DNA from: Felis catus | Taxonomy: Eukaryota | NCBI RefSeq assembly: GCF_018350175.1 | Contig: NC_058368.1 | Span: 208,818,001-208,882,000 of the forward strand | Direction: 5' to 3' | DNA: 64,000 nucleotides | Part shown: positions 1-13,510 of the stretch, piece after piece | Position numbering within the stretch: the stretch's first letter is position 1 | Layout of the letters: each line of letters opens with the position of its first letter | The notes under the pieces: model-generated | The model's input: the letters and a program-made list of their open reading frames with translations, nothing else | The model's database searches: none | Told to the model about the DNA's origin: nothing | Translations under genes and position numbers: made by a program

Positions 1-706
1 TGAGTTTTTCTGGTGATTTCAAATCTGTTCAATGCTTGTTTAGTTGATGAAGGAGAAAAACAAGCAGGGCAAGGAGAAAAGGGAGAGTGAGAAGGAAATA
101 AAAAAGGAGAGAAAGAAGGACGAAAGGGAGACGGAAGAAACAGACAGTGGAAGTAGAAGGGGCGCAGAGGCAGAGAGGATTGAGAAGGCTGGCTGCAGTC
201 AGCATCCTGTGCTCGATCCTTGGCAAAGTCCTGAGGCGGTTCCTTCTCTGCGAGCTACACAAGCACAGTGTGACGTTGGTCCATCTAAAGTATGCTTGCT
301 ATTCACTAAATACACGGAAAGTGTAAAAAAAAGACCCTCGATGCCTCTACATCGCACTCACAGACAGTTGTCACATAGGAGAAGGAGCTTTGGCATCGAA
401 GCAGTGTAGCCACCTCGAAGGTCCACCAACTACCCAGTGAGCTGGCTGGGTGTTTCTGGGGTAAATGGTGCTTGATCTGGCCAATTCCCAGTTGGTGGTG
501 TTGATGAGCAAGGCTGAGTGGCAAGTCTGGGTCTGGGCTTGGTCTAATTCCTTGTGCCCCATCCTTAAAGACAAAACAGAGGACCTAGAAGTTAGTATTA
601 GAAGTTCTCAAACAAGCAAGCAATGTTTTGCAACTCAGTAGGCTACAAACCATGAGATACCATCACACATCTAGCAGAATGGGCACGATTTAAGACTGAC
701 ATTGTT

Positions 707-862
707 GGGGCACCTGGGTGGCTCAGTTGTTGAGCGTCTGACTCTTGATTTTGGCTCATGTCATGATCCCAGGGGCATGGGATCAAGCCCCACGTGGGCT
801 CCGCACTGAGCGTGGAATCTGCTGGAGATTCTCTGTATTCCTCCGCCCCTCACCCCTGCTTG

Positions 863-897
<35 letters not shown>

Positions 898-908
898 TCT
901 CTGTCTCT

Positions 909-940
<32 letters not shown>
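707..940 (+). mobile_element. Can-SINE (SINEC)
   Basis: GGGGCACCTGGGTGGCTCAG head, (CT)n, A tail; TSD AAGACTGACA(T/G)TGT. Confidence 0.95.
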
Positions 941-1088
941 GACTGACAGTGTCAAGTATTGGTAATGGGATGATGAACGGGAACGCTCAAACACTGCTGG
1001 TAGAAAATGGTACAGCTATTCTTGAAGACGGCTTGACTGCTTTTAGTGTAATTCCACTCCTACATTTGTACTTGAAAGAAATACATGT

Positions 1089-1256
1089 GGGGGCACCTGG
1101 GTGGCTCTGTTGGTTGAGCGTCGGACTTCTGCTCAGGTCATGATCTCACGGTTCGTGAGCTCAAGCCCCGCATTGGGCTCTGTGCTGACAGCTCAGAGCC
1201 TGGAGCCTGCTTCAGGTTCTGTGCCAACCTCTCTCTGCCCCTCCCCCACTCGTGCG

Positions 1257-1292
<36 letters not shown>

Positions 1293-1323
1293 AACTAAAC
1301 AAACATTAAGAAAAAATTAAAAA
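1089..1323 (+). mobile_element. Can-SINE (SINEC_Fc-like), first of a tandem pair
   Basis: Head at 1089; feline-type TGCTGACAGCTCAGAGCCTGGAGCC core; (CT)n; A tail. Confidence 0.95.
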
Positions 1324-1540
1324 GGGGCACCTGGGTGGCTCAGTCGGTTAAGCGGCCGACTTCAGCTCAGGTCATGATCTCGCAGTCCGTGAGTTCGAGC
1401 CCCGCATCGGGCTCTGTGCTGACAGCTCAGAGCCTGGAGCCTGTTTCAGATTCTGTGTCTCCCTCTCTCTCTGCTCCTCCCCCGTTCATGCTCTGTCTCT
1501 CTCTGTCTCAAAAATAAATGTTTAAAAAAAATTTTAAAAA
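1324..1540 (+). mobile_element. Can-SINE (young SINEC_Fc-like), second of the tandem pair
   Basis: Full head with CpGs retained; outer TSD AAAGAAATACATG at 1075-1087 and 1541-1553. Confidence 0.95.
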
Positions 1541-1869
1541 AAAGAAATACATGCGTATACCCACAGAAAGACCTGCACGAGAATGTTCACGGTGACATCA
1601 TTCATAATAACTCACATTTGTTCCATCCATCTCCTTTCTCTGGGATGATGGACTGCCCAAGGCAACGGTTTTCTCATGGTAGAGCCTCTCGGCACAAAAA
1701 AGCAGAGGACACTTGTCATGCCTGTTGAAGTCTCACCTAGATCTAACATAGGGCCACTTCTGTCCTTTTTCTTTGGCCACAGCAAGACCTGTGGCGAAGC
1801 ATTCACCGAGCATTTACCGCAGGTCTGACTCTCCTCGTGCATTTTCATCTTTCCAACAATGCAAGGAGG

Positions 1870-2000
1870 TGGGCACAAGTATTATCCCCCTTTATAGCTG
1901 AAGAAACCAAGACTTGGGAAATTAAACAATTTTTCCAAGTTACAAGACTAGTAAATGGCAAGGATTTGAGTGCAGAGAACCAGACCTAGAAGCTCCTCAC
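1870..2000 (-). mobile_element. MIR fragment
   Basis: attatccccctttatagctgaagaaaccaag...ttccaagttacaagactagtaaatggc...gatttga matches the MIR core pattern. Confidence 0.65.
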
Positions 2001-2874
2001 CCTGAACCATTAGCAGATCCCAGATGCGGCTTGTTCTCGACTTGCCCAGCTATCACTAAAGCCTGCGGAGTGAGCTGGAGCATACATTTTTAAGTGGCTT
2101 GAAAAAAATCACTTAACCTGTCTCGCTTTCAATTCCTCCTCATGTAAAATGAGAATTATATTGGATCTCTAAGCTCATTCCAGGTATAAATTTAACGCCA
2201 AGATTCTGTGAGCCCGGTGGAACATTTACAACAGCTGTGAACGGATAATTTGCTAATCACTGAAAGCGGGCCTGCAAACTACCAGATTTCAGCATGAGCA
2301 ACTGTATTGTGGGAGGACACAGTGAGATGGTGAAATCTCCTTATGTAGAATGGATACCAATTTAATTCCCATTTTTTTAAATATTGAATTTTGGGTTGTG
2401 GGTGATCCTAAAAGCACTAGAAAAAAGTAATTCGTTGTAAAATTAGATCAATTCCTCTGTTAATGCAGGATTTTGTCTCAGTTTCCATGGAAGTATAGTT
2501 AGGCTTCTGTCTTATCCTCTACACCTTCTCCATGAGAGAAAAAAGCAGAGTGGGGTCGATACCCAGGAGGGGGGCCTCTGGGTGTTCATTCAGACAAATC
2601 CCATTCCAATAAGAGCAAGAATAAGTGCTAAAATTGCCTCACATCTATTGTTTCTTAAAATAACCTAACATTTTCTGAGGATTTTTTTAAACATACTTCT
2701 CCGGTCTCCCTAAATGGACTTACAGACTCAGAAAACAGAGAGAGCTTCTTCTTGTTTGCATCTCCATGATCACTTGGTACTGTACTGTCATAAAACAGGA
2801 TGGATGGATGGATGGACGGACAGATGAACAGATGGACACATGGATGGATGGACAGGTGAACACATACAGTATCT

Positions 2875-3150
2875 CTGTTAGGAATGCTCTTTCCATCCCA
2901 CTCTACACCTTTCTCCTAATTAATTCCTAGTCACATGCTGGTTATCAGCTCAAACATTGCTTCCTCAAAGAAGCCTTCCCTGATCGCCCAGTCAAGGGGG
3001 GCAGGTTCCTTCATTTTCCTTTCACAGTGCGGTGTTCCCTTCTTCAGAGCACTGATGATCCGTGTGTAGTTATTCACTCATCATAGAATCAGATGTTTCA
3101 TGTTGATCTCCTCATCAAGGCTTTAAGTTCCATGAGGGCAGGAACAATGT
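2875..3150 (+). mobile_element. L2 3' fragment
   Basis: ggaatgctctttcc...cagctcaaacattgcttcctcaaagaagccttccctga...taagttccatgagggcaggaac. Confidence 0.6.
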
Positions 3151-3775
3151 GTATATATATACACAAATACACACATACACACATATATGAACAAACAGAT
3201 GGAGAGGTGAATGTGTGCATAGCGGGCTATGAGCTTGGAACTGGATTATGAAGACATTTCTACTGTAATCCTAGAATTGCAGTATTTAGGAAAAGGAGAA
3301 ATCAAGGTTAAACGCTACTCAGTTTTGAGGGACCTTTGGTTCAACCTCCCACATAATGTAGGAATCTGCATTGTAATGAGATTTGACCTCTATGAACAGA
3401 GTGTATTACTTGGGTAAGGCTTTCTTTTTGGAGTAGATATTTTTAATTCCTTGGAAAATGTTGCTCTGGTACCCCGAAACCCTGAGATGTTTAATTTAGT
3501 TTACATTAGTGTACATTTTATTCTAAAGGGTTATTTTAGTCATGCTTTTTCAATTAACCAATTAATCAATTTATAGGTCTACCTAGCTTAATCAATGCAA
3601 CAGGTATATGTGTGCATGTGTGTGTGTATAGAAATTCACATATATAAATTATGTGGAAGTCATATTTTCGTCAGCGAAATCATTTGAAGTACACTGAAAT
3701 ATTTTCTTCTGGAAGATGAAAAATATTTTAAACTTGAAAATATTTAACCCCTAATTGTGTTTTGTGACCCCAGAT

Positions 3776-3933
3776 TTTTTTTAAATATTTGTTTGTTTAT
3801 TTTGAGGGGACAGGGGCAGAGAGAGAGGGAGACAGAGAATCCCAGGCAGGGCTTGAACCCATGAACCATGAGATCATGACCTGAGCTGAAATCAGGAGTC
3901 AGACGATTAACCAACTGAGCCACCCAGGTGCCC
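3776..3933 (-). mobile_element. Can-SINE, internally deleted
   Basis: Ends ...actgagccacccaggtgccc; imperfect TSD TGTG(A/G)CCC(C)AGATTTTT. Confidence 0.9.
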
Positions 3934-4350
3934 TGTGGCCCAGATTTTTAATCTGAGCTTCCTGAAAATGAGATACACCTACAAAGGTGCCTCCAGTACC
4001 AGATTTTACATTAAAAAGATTCCTCAGAAACATGACTATGGAGCATTTTATCATAATATAGAATAATATACGGGCACTGAACAGGTCCTCCCTAGTATGT
4101 TCCAGAAGCCATATAGAGAGGACCATCAGATTCCTCCCCTTTCTGCAGGTTGATGTGGAGATTCTGCCCTCATGCAGTCTCAACTCATAGCCTGACCCTG
4201 CCAGCTAACTACAGTGGTCTTGGTGCCATTGTACCGGACAGCTGGCATGGCACCTGGAGGATTCATCTCAGATTGTTCTTAGGGAATTAGCTCATCAGCC
4301 ATTCCCCAACCTGATGCCAGCCACACACTTGTAAGAAGAAAGGAAAATAA

Positions 4351-4891
4351 TGTGGCAGGCTCCAGTAGTTGCTCTCTCATCTTCTTTGCTAGCAGAATCC
4401 TCACTGGTCAGGTGGCATTGTATCCAATAGCAAAAGCTGACTCGTGGTTTATACAACAGGAACATCAATCCTCTTCCCCTTTGCCAGTGATGTGGCTAGG
4501 ATGGCCATGTGAACCACTTCTGCTCAATGAGATGTGAAGAGAAGGCTGCTGAGGGAAGTGCTAGGAGAAACTTTCCCCCTTGATAAAATGAGAGAGGGCT
4601 ATGAGAAAAATCCCTTGTCTCCCCATTCCTCCCTCTTGATTTTTATTTGGGACACTGCCATGTGAGGACAAGACTTTTGGGGTTGTGACATCCATCTTGC
4701 GCTGTGAAAGGAGGTATCACCAATACATGGATACCAGCAGAATGTAGAGAGCAAACATCAGGTCTTGAATGATATCATGGAGCCACAGCACAAATCCTGG
4801 GACCTTGTACATTCAGGTAAATGAACATTAAATTTCTTTATGGTTTAAGCCATTGTTACTTCAGTTCTCAGCTACTTGCAACCAAATGCAT
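4351..4891 (+). mobile_element. MaLR LTR (MLT1-type)
   Basis: TGTGGCAG start; ggccatgtga...caatgagatgtgaagagaagg; 3' gtttaagccattg...acttgcaaccaaatgcattcctgataca. Confidence 0.6.
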
Positions 4892-5219
4892 TCCTGATAC
4901 AGATAATAATGTAGTGAATGCCTTACATCAGCATGTCACTTCACATTCTTCAAAAGCTGTCACATCCATTACCTCATTTATTCCTGCCAACAGTCCTGAG
5001 ATTGAGTTTAGGAAGTCAGACTCCAAAGCCCCTCACACTGAATGGGGGGAGTCAGAAGATCCTAGATCCTTGTTCTCAATTTGAATGGCCATCACAAAAA
5101 CCTGTGGAGTGAGTTGGGGAAGAGATAGGGGAACTACTATTACTTCTCATTTTAGAAATATAGAAATTAAGATTTAGAAAGAATTAGTCTTCTGCAAAGA
5201 AAGAAAGAAAGAAAGATGG

Positions 5220-5807
5220 AAAATAGTATGGAGGTTCCTTAAAAAATTAAAAATAGAATACCCTACGACCCAGCAATTGCACCACGAGGTATTTATCCAA
5301 GGGATACAGGTGTGCTGTTTCAAAGGGGCACACACACCCCAATGTTTATAGCAGCACTATCAACAATAGCCAAAGTATGGAAAAAGCCCAAATGTCCATC
5401 GATGGAGGAATGGATAAAGAAGATGTGGTATATATACAATGGAGTATTACTCGGCAGTCAACAAGAATGAAATCTTGCCATTTGCAACTATGTGGATAGA
5501 ACCAGAGGGTATTATACTAAGCGAAATTAGTCAGAGAAAGACAAATAACATATGACTTCATCTGAGGACTTTAAGACACAGAACAGGTAAATACAAGGGA
5601 AGGGAAGCAAAAATAATATAAAAACAGGGAGGGGGACAAAACATAAGAAACTCTTAAGTATGGAGAGCAGAGAGTTACTGGAGAGGTTGTGGAAGGAGGG
5701 ATGGGCTAAATGGGTAAGGGGCACTAAGGAATCTACCCCTGAAATCCTTGTTGCGCTATATGCTAAAATTAAATTAAATTAAATTAAATTAAATTAAATT
5801 TAAAAAA
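5220..5807 (+). mobile_element. 5'-truncated carnivore L1 (ORF2 end plus 3'UTR)
   Basis: agtatggaggttcct...aatagaataccctacgacccagcaattgcac...gaatggataaagaagatgtgg...; tail decayed to (AAATT)n followed by (GAAA)n. Confidence 0.93.
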
Positions 5808-5810
5808 GGA

Positions 5811-5846
<36 letters not shown>

Positions 5847-5890
5847 GAAAAGGAAAGGAAAGAAAAAGAAAACAAGAAAAAAGAAAAAGG
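5766..5890. repeat. (AAATT)n and (GAAA)n simple repeats at the L1 tail
   Basis: Direct reading. Confidence 0.9.
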
Positions 5891-5921
5891 ACTAAAACTG
5901 ATTCTAGACTCTGCCTTAGTC

Positions 5922-6269
5922 CAAGGGATAGCAAACTATGGGCCATGGGCCAGATATATGGCCAGCAAATAAAGAGGGTTTTTTGTTTTGTTTTGTTTTG
6001 TTTTGTTTTGTTTTTGCATTTTTAAATGGCTGGGGAAAAAACTGGGAGAACAGTAATATTTCCTGACACGGGAAAATCATGTGAAATTCACATTTTCATG
6101 TCCCCAGTAAAGTTTTATTGAAACACAGCCCATTCGTTTCCATGCTGTCTATGACTGTTTTAATGGTACAATTGCAGAGCTGCACCGTTGTGACGGGCTA
6201 TATGGCCCACAAAGCCTAAAATATTTACTACCTGGCCCTTTTACAGAAAAAGTATGCCGACCTCCCATG
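5922..6269 (+). mobile_element. MER58B-like hAT-Charlie MITE with internal (GTTTT)n
   Basis: gcaaactatgggcc...aaagttttattgaaacacagc...aaagcctaaaatatttactacctggcccttttacagaaaaagtatgccgacc. Confidence 0.85.
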
Positions 6270-8225
6270 CTAGCCCTATCGAGCCGACTCAAGAAAACTC
6301 ATGTCCCAATAAAAACCACATAGGGTGGTCAGGACACCATATTTTACACACTAGCATAGTGATCTGAGGTTTTGTTTGCTGTTCGTCATTTTTTTCATCA
6401 TCTGAGTGTAACCTACTGACAGCCTCATAATCCCCAGACTACCCAGATAGGAGCAGGGCAACGTCTTGACTAACTGCTAATTAATCAGTCTGGCTTAAAT
6501 TCTCCCCTCAGTAAACACCAGAACACATCTGTTTGAAACAATGTTTTGATGAAACAGCCCCTCCATCATAAAGAAAAAACTAACATCCCAGGCATGCCAC
6601 ACTGCAGCAGTTTTTTCTGAGAGTGGCCATCACATGAATGTAAATGAATCATGCAAAATCTGGTGTAAAACATACAAAAGACTTCCTCTACAGAGAGATT
6701 ATTGGCAACCATATTATGCAAACCAAGATTATAGGAGCCAGAAAAAGCAGATATAAAACAAATACATCATTTCACTTAATTTTTTTGTTTTGATCATTGT
6801 AACATAATATTTAATGAGCATTCTATTTTACTGGATGAGGAAGTACACATACAAACGTAGAATATGGTACCTAGTATATGTTTTGTACATTCTATAAATC
6901 ATAGGGAAGAATACTTGAGGAGGAGAGAATATTTTTAAACCACTTAATTGTTAAGATATTTCTTAAAAGTATGCATTTTTAGCACATAAATGCTAGGAAT
7001 CGGCAGTCTACGGAAATTCATCTGAAAATAAATTTTTTTTGATTTTTGCGGCTTTGGTTTAAACCACTTCATAGAACCCCCAAAACATGCCTCGAAAGAC
7101 ACAATGCCAGCTTTATTCCAGCCAACATGGTTATGCCAACATGGTTTTGCATTGTTCTAAAGCAGATGCAACATGCTAGTCTATAAAGATTCCTTTAAGA
7201 ATTTTTATTAAAATTATACCCATCCCACTATCATATCAAATAGAGGCATGGGTTCTCTATGACAAAAGGTTCTTTATAGGGCTTTAGAACTCCTGGCTCC
7301 CTGTCACCCAGACAGAGAACTCCATGTTTTGAGTTTATCTGCTCCCCCTGCTGCCTGGTTCCGTGGTAATTACCAGGCTCCTGGAGCTGGGCTGACATGT
7401 GATAGAAGAAGTACACAAGCTAAGAAGTAAACACAAACAGCTGCGTTAATTCCAGCAGCGTTCAAACCTTAAGGCTGAAGGAAAGTTGCTGAATTAAAAA
7501 GGAACAAACCCAGGGGGAAATAGCTCTCCCAACATTCTAGAAAAGAACCTAAGGGCTGTAACAGTAGGCCCAACCAGTCAAAAGAAAGGGGATTGTAAAA
7601 TGTGCAGACTTTTACAATATGATGGTTGAAAATTCTCTTTCTTTCCTAGACAAAAGCTGTATTTTAATAATTGCGCATTGCACGTTCTCTGGAAGAACTG
7701 ATATGAATTCGGTAATTGTGTTACCAGGGGAATGGATGGCTTGAAGATGGCATGTGAGAATCGCTTATCACTGAAATTACCTTTGCACCTTTTGAAAGGT
7801 ATAATGTGGGCATGTATAATCTAGTCAAGTAACTGCATTAATTAATTTTTAAGATTACATATTACATACCAAACATATGTTGTAAATAGACCAAAGTTAT
7901 TAAAAGCATACAATGCAAGTTATGACTTCTAAAGAAATTCTCCACTTTCCATCATTTAATACCATTTATGTGCTTGGTATTAAGGATGCAAAAGCAAAAG
8001 ATGTGATTCCTGCCCCTGCAGAACATTTGGTCTAACAAAGCACGATATGCATACAAGCAATCGCATATAGTACAAGGTGCAGTGGGAACAGAGGAAGGAT
8101 GCCCGGCAAACAAACACAGACATCCCCAAATGTATCTTACCACCTCCTAGCAGTCACCTGGAGACACCATTCACTTTTTCCAGAAATGCTGTTATGGAGT
8201 TCCTCTTTTGGAATCAGTTTACAAG

Positions 8226-8663
8226 CTGTATTAGTCATCGATGGCCATGACAATGCTGTGTAACAACCACAAAATCCCAGTAGCATAAAACAAGAAGCAT
8301 TTATGGCTCATCTATCAGGAGTGGTCAGTGAGGCATCTCTGCTGATCTGTACTAAGCTCACTTACACATCTAGGGGTGGAGGTGTGAGCTAACTCTCAAC
8401 AGATCTGAGCTGACCTTGGCTGTGATGAATGGAGCAAAACTACCTGGACCACCAGTCTCTCACCCTTCCTCAGGCTAGCCCAAGCATGTTCTTATGGTAA
8501 TGGCAGAGTCTCAAAGAGTCGGTCGTGGGGGAGGGTGCCTGGGTGGCTCAGTCAGTTACGCGTCTGACTCTTGATTTCAGCTCAGGTCATGATCTCATGG
8601 TTTGTGAGTTCAAGCCCCGCATCGGGCTCTGTGCTGACAGTGTGGATGGAGCCTGCTTGGGAT

Positions 8664-8697
<34 letters not shown>

Positions 8698-9002
8698 TCT
8701 CTCACTCATCCTCTCTCTCTGCCCCTCCCCCCTCTCAAGAATAAAGACAAAACTTAAAAATTAAAAAAAAAAATAGTAAGTGGGAACATGTCAGCCTTTG
8801 GGGTCCTAAGCTCAAAAGTGGCAAATGCTTACTACCATTGCATTTTGCTGGCCAAAACGAGTCACAATGCCAGTTCAGATTCAAGGGATGTGGAAGTGGA
8901 TACCACCTTGTTAGTAAGAGCATTTGCAAAGTCACATGACAAAGGGCTTGGGTACAGAAAATGAAGATGAAGAATTGAGGCCCTCCCTGCAATTTACTCC
9001 CA
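8226..9002 (-). mobile_element. MaLR LTR (MLT1-type) containing a Can-SINE
   Basis: tgtattagtc...aatgctgtgtaacaaccacaaaatcccagtagcataaaacaagaagcatttat...gcaaagtcacatgacaaagggc. Confidence 0.65.
8531..8773 (+). mobile_element. Can-SINE
   Basis: GGGTGCCTGGGTGGCTCAGTC head, (CT)n, A tail. Confidence 0.93.
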
Positions 9003-11316
9003 AGCCATACGAGAAGCAGCCTTCTCTTGGTTTTAACCCACCTCTTTCACTAGAATTTATTTCAGATGGCTTGGTCTTTGCCCAAAATTAAACCCATCTT
9101 CAAAATCCAGAAAACTACCACCACCAAATATGGGGGTGCCATCTCATGTCTTTTCATGTCCTTTGACAACTGCCAACACAAGTCCTTACGAAGCAAGGTG
9201 TCTTCACAACTATTTGTTGGATGAATGAAGAAATATATTTATGTGTCAGAAAGGTGTTTTTGAGCAATAGCTGCATATTAGGATACATGGATAGTCTCCT
9301 TGGGTGGCCATTTTAAAACAGATGACATATTCTAATATACAAGTGCTCCTGTGTTTGTATAAAAAATTAACCCACTATATTTAGGTCATATTCCTACTAT
9401 TCAACATTGTAAAGCAGATATTTTATTACATTTACCTACCTTACTTTTCACCTTTTGTTTTTACTTTCTAAAATGCACTTCCTAAACTTTCACCCATTAT
9501 TTTTCAAATAGTGAAGTCATTCTACAAATATGCTATTCCCTCACCTCGTGTTGGGCCTATTATGGACTGATCTTTCATTGGCTAGAGAATAACTCTGGAA
9601 AGGATAACAATGGCCTACCTTACAGGATTGTTCTGGGAAGCTGCATGATGGGTCCCGTAAAGAATGGTCTGCAAATGTGCTTTTTTGTAATATTAATTCT
9701 TTGCATTTCTAGAGCTGACTTTCTCTCAAAGAACTCCAAGCGCCTCGGCCCCACATACAGCAGGCAGGCCAGATCCTCTTGGAGTGTAAATTATGCCCCA
9801 GGAGTAAGTGAATTACTTGGAGGGAGGCATTAACTCTTTCAGGTCACTTAGAGCACTGCAGGAGGGCAGTAATTTGCCAAATAGCACCCCAGTGGCCAGA
9901 AAGTATACATGCAACATAAATTATTCCCAGGGAGTAATTTATGAACTCAGAATATCTGGTTTATTATCTCATCTCTTCACACACTGTCCAGTGAGAGAGG
10001 AGTAAGAAGAGAAAATTAGGCAAAGCTAAGGATGCTAGAAGTTTCCCACAGCTTGTCTGGGGCAGAGGTCCAACTTGAATTGCCTAATCATTGGCATAAC
10101 TTCCTCCTTATTCCTGGCTTCAGGATTTGGGGCCCTCACCTGGACATTTCTGCTAATCAGGGGTGGGGACTAGCGTGGCACCTGCCCCGCAAAATAAGAA
10201 GGCCCAGCTGCTTTATCCTGGTCTCGGCTCTGCTACTGACTCATGAGGGATATTTGGGTGGTTGCCTGAAATGTCTAAAGACCACAAAATTCACACTTAC
10301 AGTTACTACTTGCGTCTCATAAACCCATACTGATAAGGATTCATTAGTTAGTTCATTCATTTTCTCACACTGCGAAAATATGGGAGCCAATAACGGTAGA
10401 GAAGAGAGTCTGTCATATTGCTTTGTTGCCAGAGTTAGAAGTGGTCAAACAGCTCATCTATTTTAGGTAAGAGGAGGGACTGAATTCAATCTACATTGAA
10501 GTCTGTATTATGCAATTCATACATGGCAAATATGCCCTTGGAATATTTTGGCTTGAAGGTCCAAATATGGAGTTTTTGTCCCAAAGTCAACTATCTTCTA
10601 TGGCAGTATCTTTAACCATCACCTGTGTTTTCCATTCTTTAGGAAAGCAGCAGGGACTAGGTGGCTTACAAAAGAATTCGGATACAGGTATCTTGATTCC
10701 CCACTCAAATCTCTCTCTGTCTGTCTCTCTCTTACGCACAAGCACACACAATATATCTCTGTGCCTCTCTGATGAGATCCTGGGTAGCCGCTGTCTGAAA
10801 GCTAATCAGGAATAAAATGTTTTTTTAAGGAGGGGGGAAGAAACCTAGTTAGGGTTCTGCTCTGCCCGGGAGCTCTGCTGTGCTCTAAAAGGCAACAATC
10901 GACCTCCTTTCAAAGTTCTGTTTCCATTCAGCCTGACATCAACCTCTGCCACCAATAAAGATTCCAACTGATTTCTCCATATGTTGACTCCTTTCTGGCC
11001 TCAGTGAAATATACTAAATCATAATTTGAAAGAACAGTGACACAACATACTCCCATGAGCCCTCCTGTGCTGCCACCATGCATGCCCGTGACCACACACG
11101 CATACCAGTGAAATAATTTTATCCCACGTTTTTCTCAGAGGGTAGGGGTATGTCACTCACTCAAAGAGTGGTCTTGGATGAGTCACTGAACTACTCTCTG
11201 CCTCAATTTTCTGGTAAAATGAGGAGACTGGACTAGAAGCCTCGGGTCCCTTTTCATCTTCGGTATTTCATACCTCTAGAGCTGATATATCTTCCAAGTT
11301 ACAACTTCAGCCAAAG

Positions 11317-11670
11317 CTGAAGCCAGCAAACTATAGCCCTCAGGTGAAATCCTGCCCACTGCCAGCTTCTGGATGATCTATGAGCTAAGAATGACTTTTA
11401 CATTCTTAAATGGTTGAGGGAAAAATCAAAAGAATAGTATTTCATGACAGGTGAGAATTATATAAAATTCAAATTTCAGTGTCTATAAAAAGTTTTATGG
11501 GAACACAGCTCTGCACATTCATTTACATATTATCAGTGGCTGCTTTTGTAATATAAGGGTAGAGTTGAGTGATGGCAACAGAAACAGTATGTTGGCCTAC
11601 AAAGCCAAAACTAGTTACTATCTTTACAGAAAACGCTTGCCCTTTACAGAAAAAGTTTGCCCATCCCAGA
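11317..11670 (+). mobile_element. MER58B-like hAT-Charlie MITE
   Basis: cagcaaactatagccc...gagctaagaatg...aaattcaaatttcagtgtc...ggaacacagc...ctttacagaaaaagtttgccc; homologous to 5922-6269. Confidence 0.85.
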
Positions 11671-13349
11671 TCTAAGCCATGAGACCCTCTGCATAGCAGC
11701 AAAGTCTGCCAATAACCCTCTTACCTGAGTGAAGTTTTATTTCTGGAAAAGAGGAGTCTCGTCAAGTAATCTCAAGAACCACAAACAAAATTAGTGGATA
11801 ATTAGACAATCTGATCCTTATAAAAGAAACTCTTGATAACTCTACCATGTCAATGTCAGAACTGATTTCTTATGAGAAACAATTTACCCCCCAAAATTTG
11901 TCTTTTCCTACTACTTTGCAAAGGGGCCGTTATAGCCCATTTTTCCCCTTTTTCTTTTTTTTTTTCTTTTCTCTTTTTATAAGTGGTCTGAAGGATAGCA
12001 AATTTATCTTTTCTTTATGAGTAATAGTATCATCGGTGAAAGTGACTGCTAAAGAGCAAGCAAGCATGAAACAAATCCCTCCCCAATAAAGTGGTGACTT
12101 TGAAAAGGAAATTGCCCTGCTCAAGTGATGGATTCTGTTTCAGCCATCATGACCCATGTTATGAGGGAGTCCTGGGACCCGGGTCCTGGCCCTTATAGGC
12201 AAAGCAGCTGCAAAGCCCCACTGGGAGCTCCCTGAGGAGGATCTGTGAATGGCCAAAGGCTGACCCTCTGCTCCTACCGCCCCTGTGGGCTGCAGTGTTA
12301 AGCGCTGAGTCTCCAGAGACCCCTTCCACCTAGCCTGGAATGCTCCCCTCACCCCCCCCCCCCACTTACTTTCCCCAAGAAAGGCCTAGTTTGAGTTCCA
12401 AATATGGTAATAGTCGTGGCCCACAGCCTCATGATATCCTATATTACTTTTTGTCATCTTATGTTTGTGCTTTCTCTTCCCTGGGACTAGAAGATCCTCG
12501 AGCACAGAGAGCACCCATCATTTAAACATCTTCCAGTTAGAGACCTACAATAAATTCCAACAGGATGAAATGGGAAATGAGTAGCGTGTTGAACCTTTCT
12601 TCTCAAACAGAAGATGAGATGCTTGAACAAATCTTGCTTCTCTCTTTCCGATTCTTGGACAGGGTTTTCCAGATGAAATGCTGAGATCTAGGGCCAATGG
12701 AAGGATTTTTAACAGTGTGGTGTTACTTTATGAGGGGACAATCTACCTCCTCAGAGCAAAAATGGGGCTGCAGATTGTTCTTTTCTGGGTTTTGTTAAGG
12801 AACAGTTTCAAATCAAACTTTTGTTGGTTCCTCAGAAAAGGAGAAGATGGAGCCATGAGCCAGGGAGGGGTCCCTACTTTCAGCATTTGGTGGCTTTGAG
12901 ATTGTGACATCAGGCCATCTTCTTGTCCCTGAGACATCAAATGCTTGCTTCATGGAAGAACTTTGTTTTTCATTGTAAAGATCGGAGTCTGAGGAGATTT
13001 TTGTCAATACCAATTATGGTACATTTAAATATTGAGCTTTGTAAGAAGATTTTGACAATTTTCCACCTTTTCCTCTCTTCTGCAGTCATCTGAATGTTGC
13101 AATCATGCAAATAAATGTTTCTTCAAAACTAGAAGTATTTACTTTAACTCTGGATTCAATTTTATATTTTCCTTTATACTACAGTTGCCAGATAATTAGT
13201 AGTATTCCAAAAGGAATTTAATATTTTAGAAGTGTCTTAGTCCTGGAAGTTTCTAGGGCTATCAAACTAGGTAAGTCTCCCAGTTTTGCTCTGAGAAAGA
13301 ATCATAAAATGATTATAATCGTTGAAAAAAAAATAAAGCTAATTGATAC

Positions 13350-13510
13350 TTCAACCCCAGCTGTGCTTAGAACAACTAGGGTACATGTTACAAATTGCTG
13401 ACCTCTGGGCTCCACTGCCCCCAAGAAAGTCTCATTTAATTGCCCGAGAATAGGCCCAAGGCACAGGTATGTTTTCATAATCTCCCCAGGGTTTGACTGG
13501 CAGTGAGAAG
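13350..13510. mobile_element. MER5-type hAT MITE remnant
   Basis: Degenerate ttagaacaactagggtacatgttacaaattgctga...ctccccagggtttga pattern. Confidence 0.45.

Larger units (their letters stand above)
640..1625 (+). mobile_element. Old L1 (L1M-type) ORF2 3' fragment interrupted by three Can-SINEs
   Basis: L1-like phrases (gagataccatcacac, acactgctggtagaaaatggtacagc, aattccactcctac, gaatgttcac...cattcataata) run collinearly across the SINE insertions. Confidence 0.6.

Noticed and set aside
44..409. 121-aa K/E/R-rich ORF
   Set aside because: It arises from a GA-rich low-complexity tract at the window edge.
1089..1170. tRNA-like A/B boxes
   Set aside because: These are the tRNA-derived heads of SINEs, not tRNA genes.
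1101..1517. Recurrent short ORFs like MAQSVKRPTSAQVMIS... (also 25058, 39514, 49121)
   Set aside because: They are translations of Can-SINE consensus sequence.
13060..13115. Acceptor-like polypyrimidine-CAG followed by AATAAA on the + strand
   Set aside because: No upstream + strand exon or ORF connects to it.
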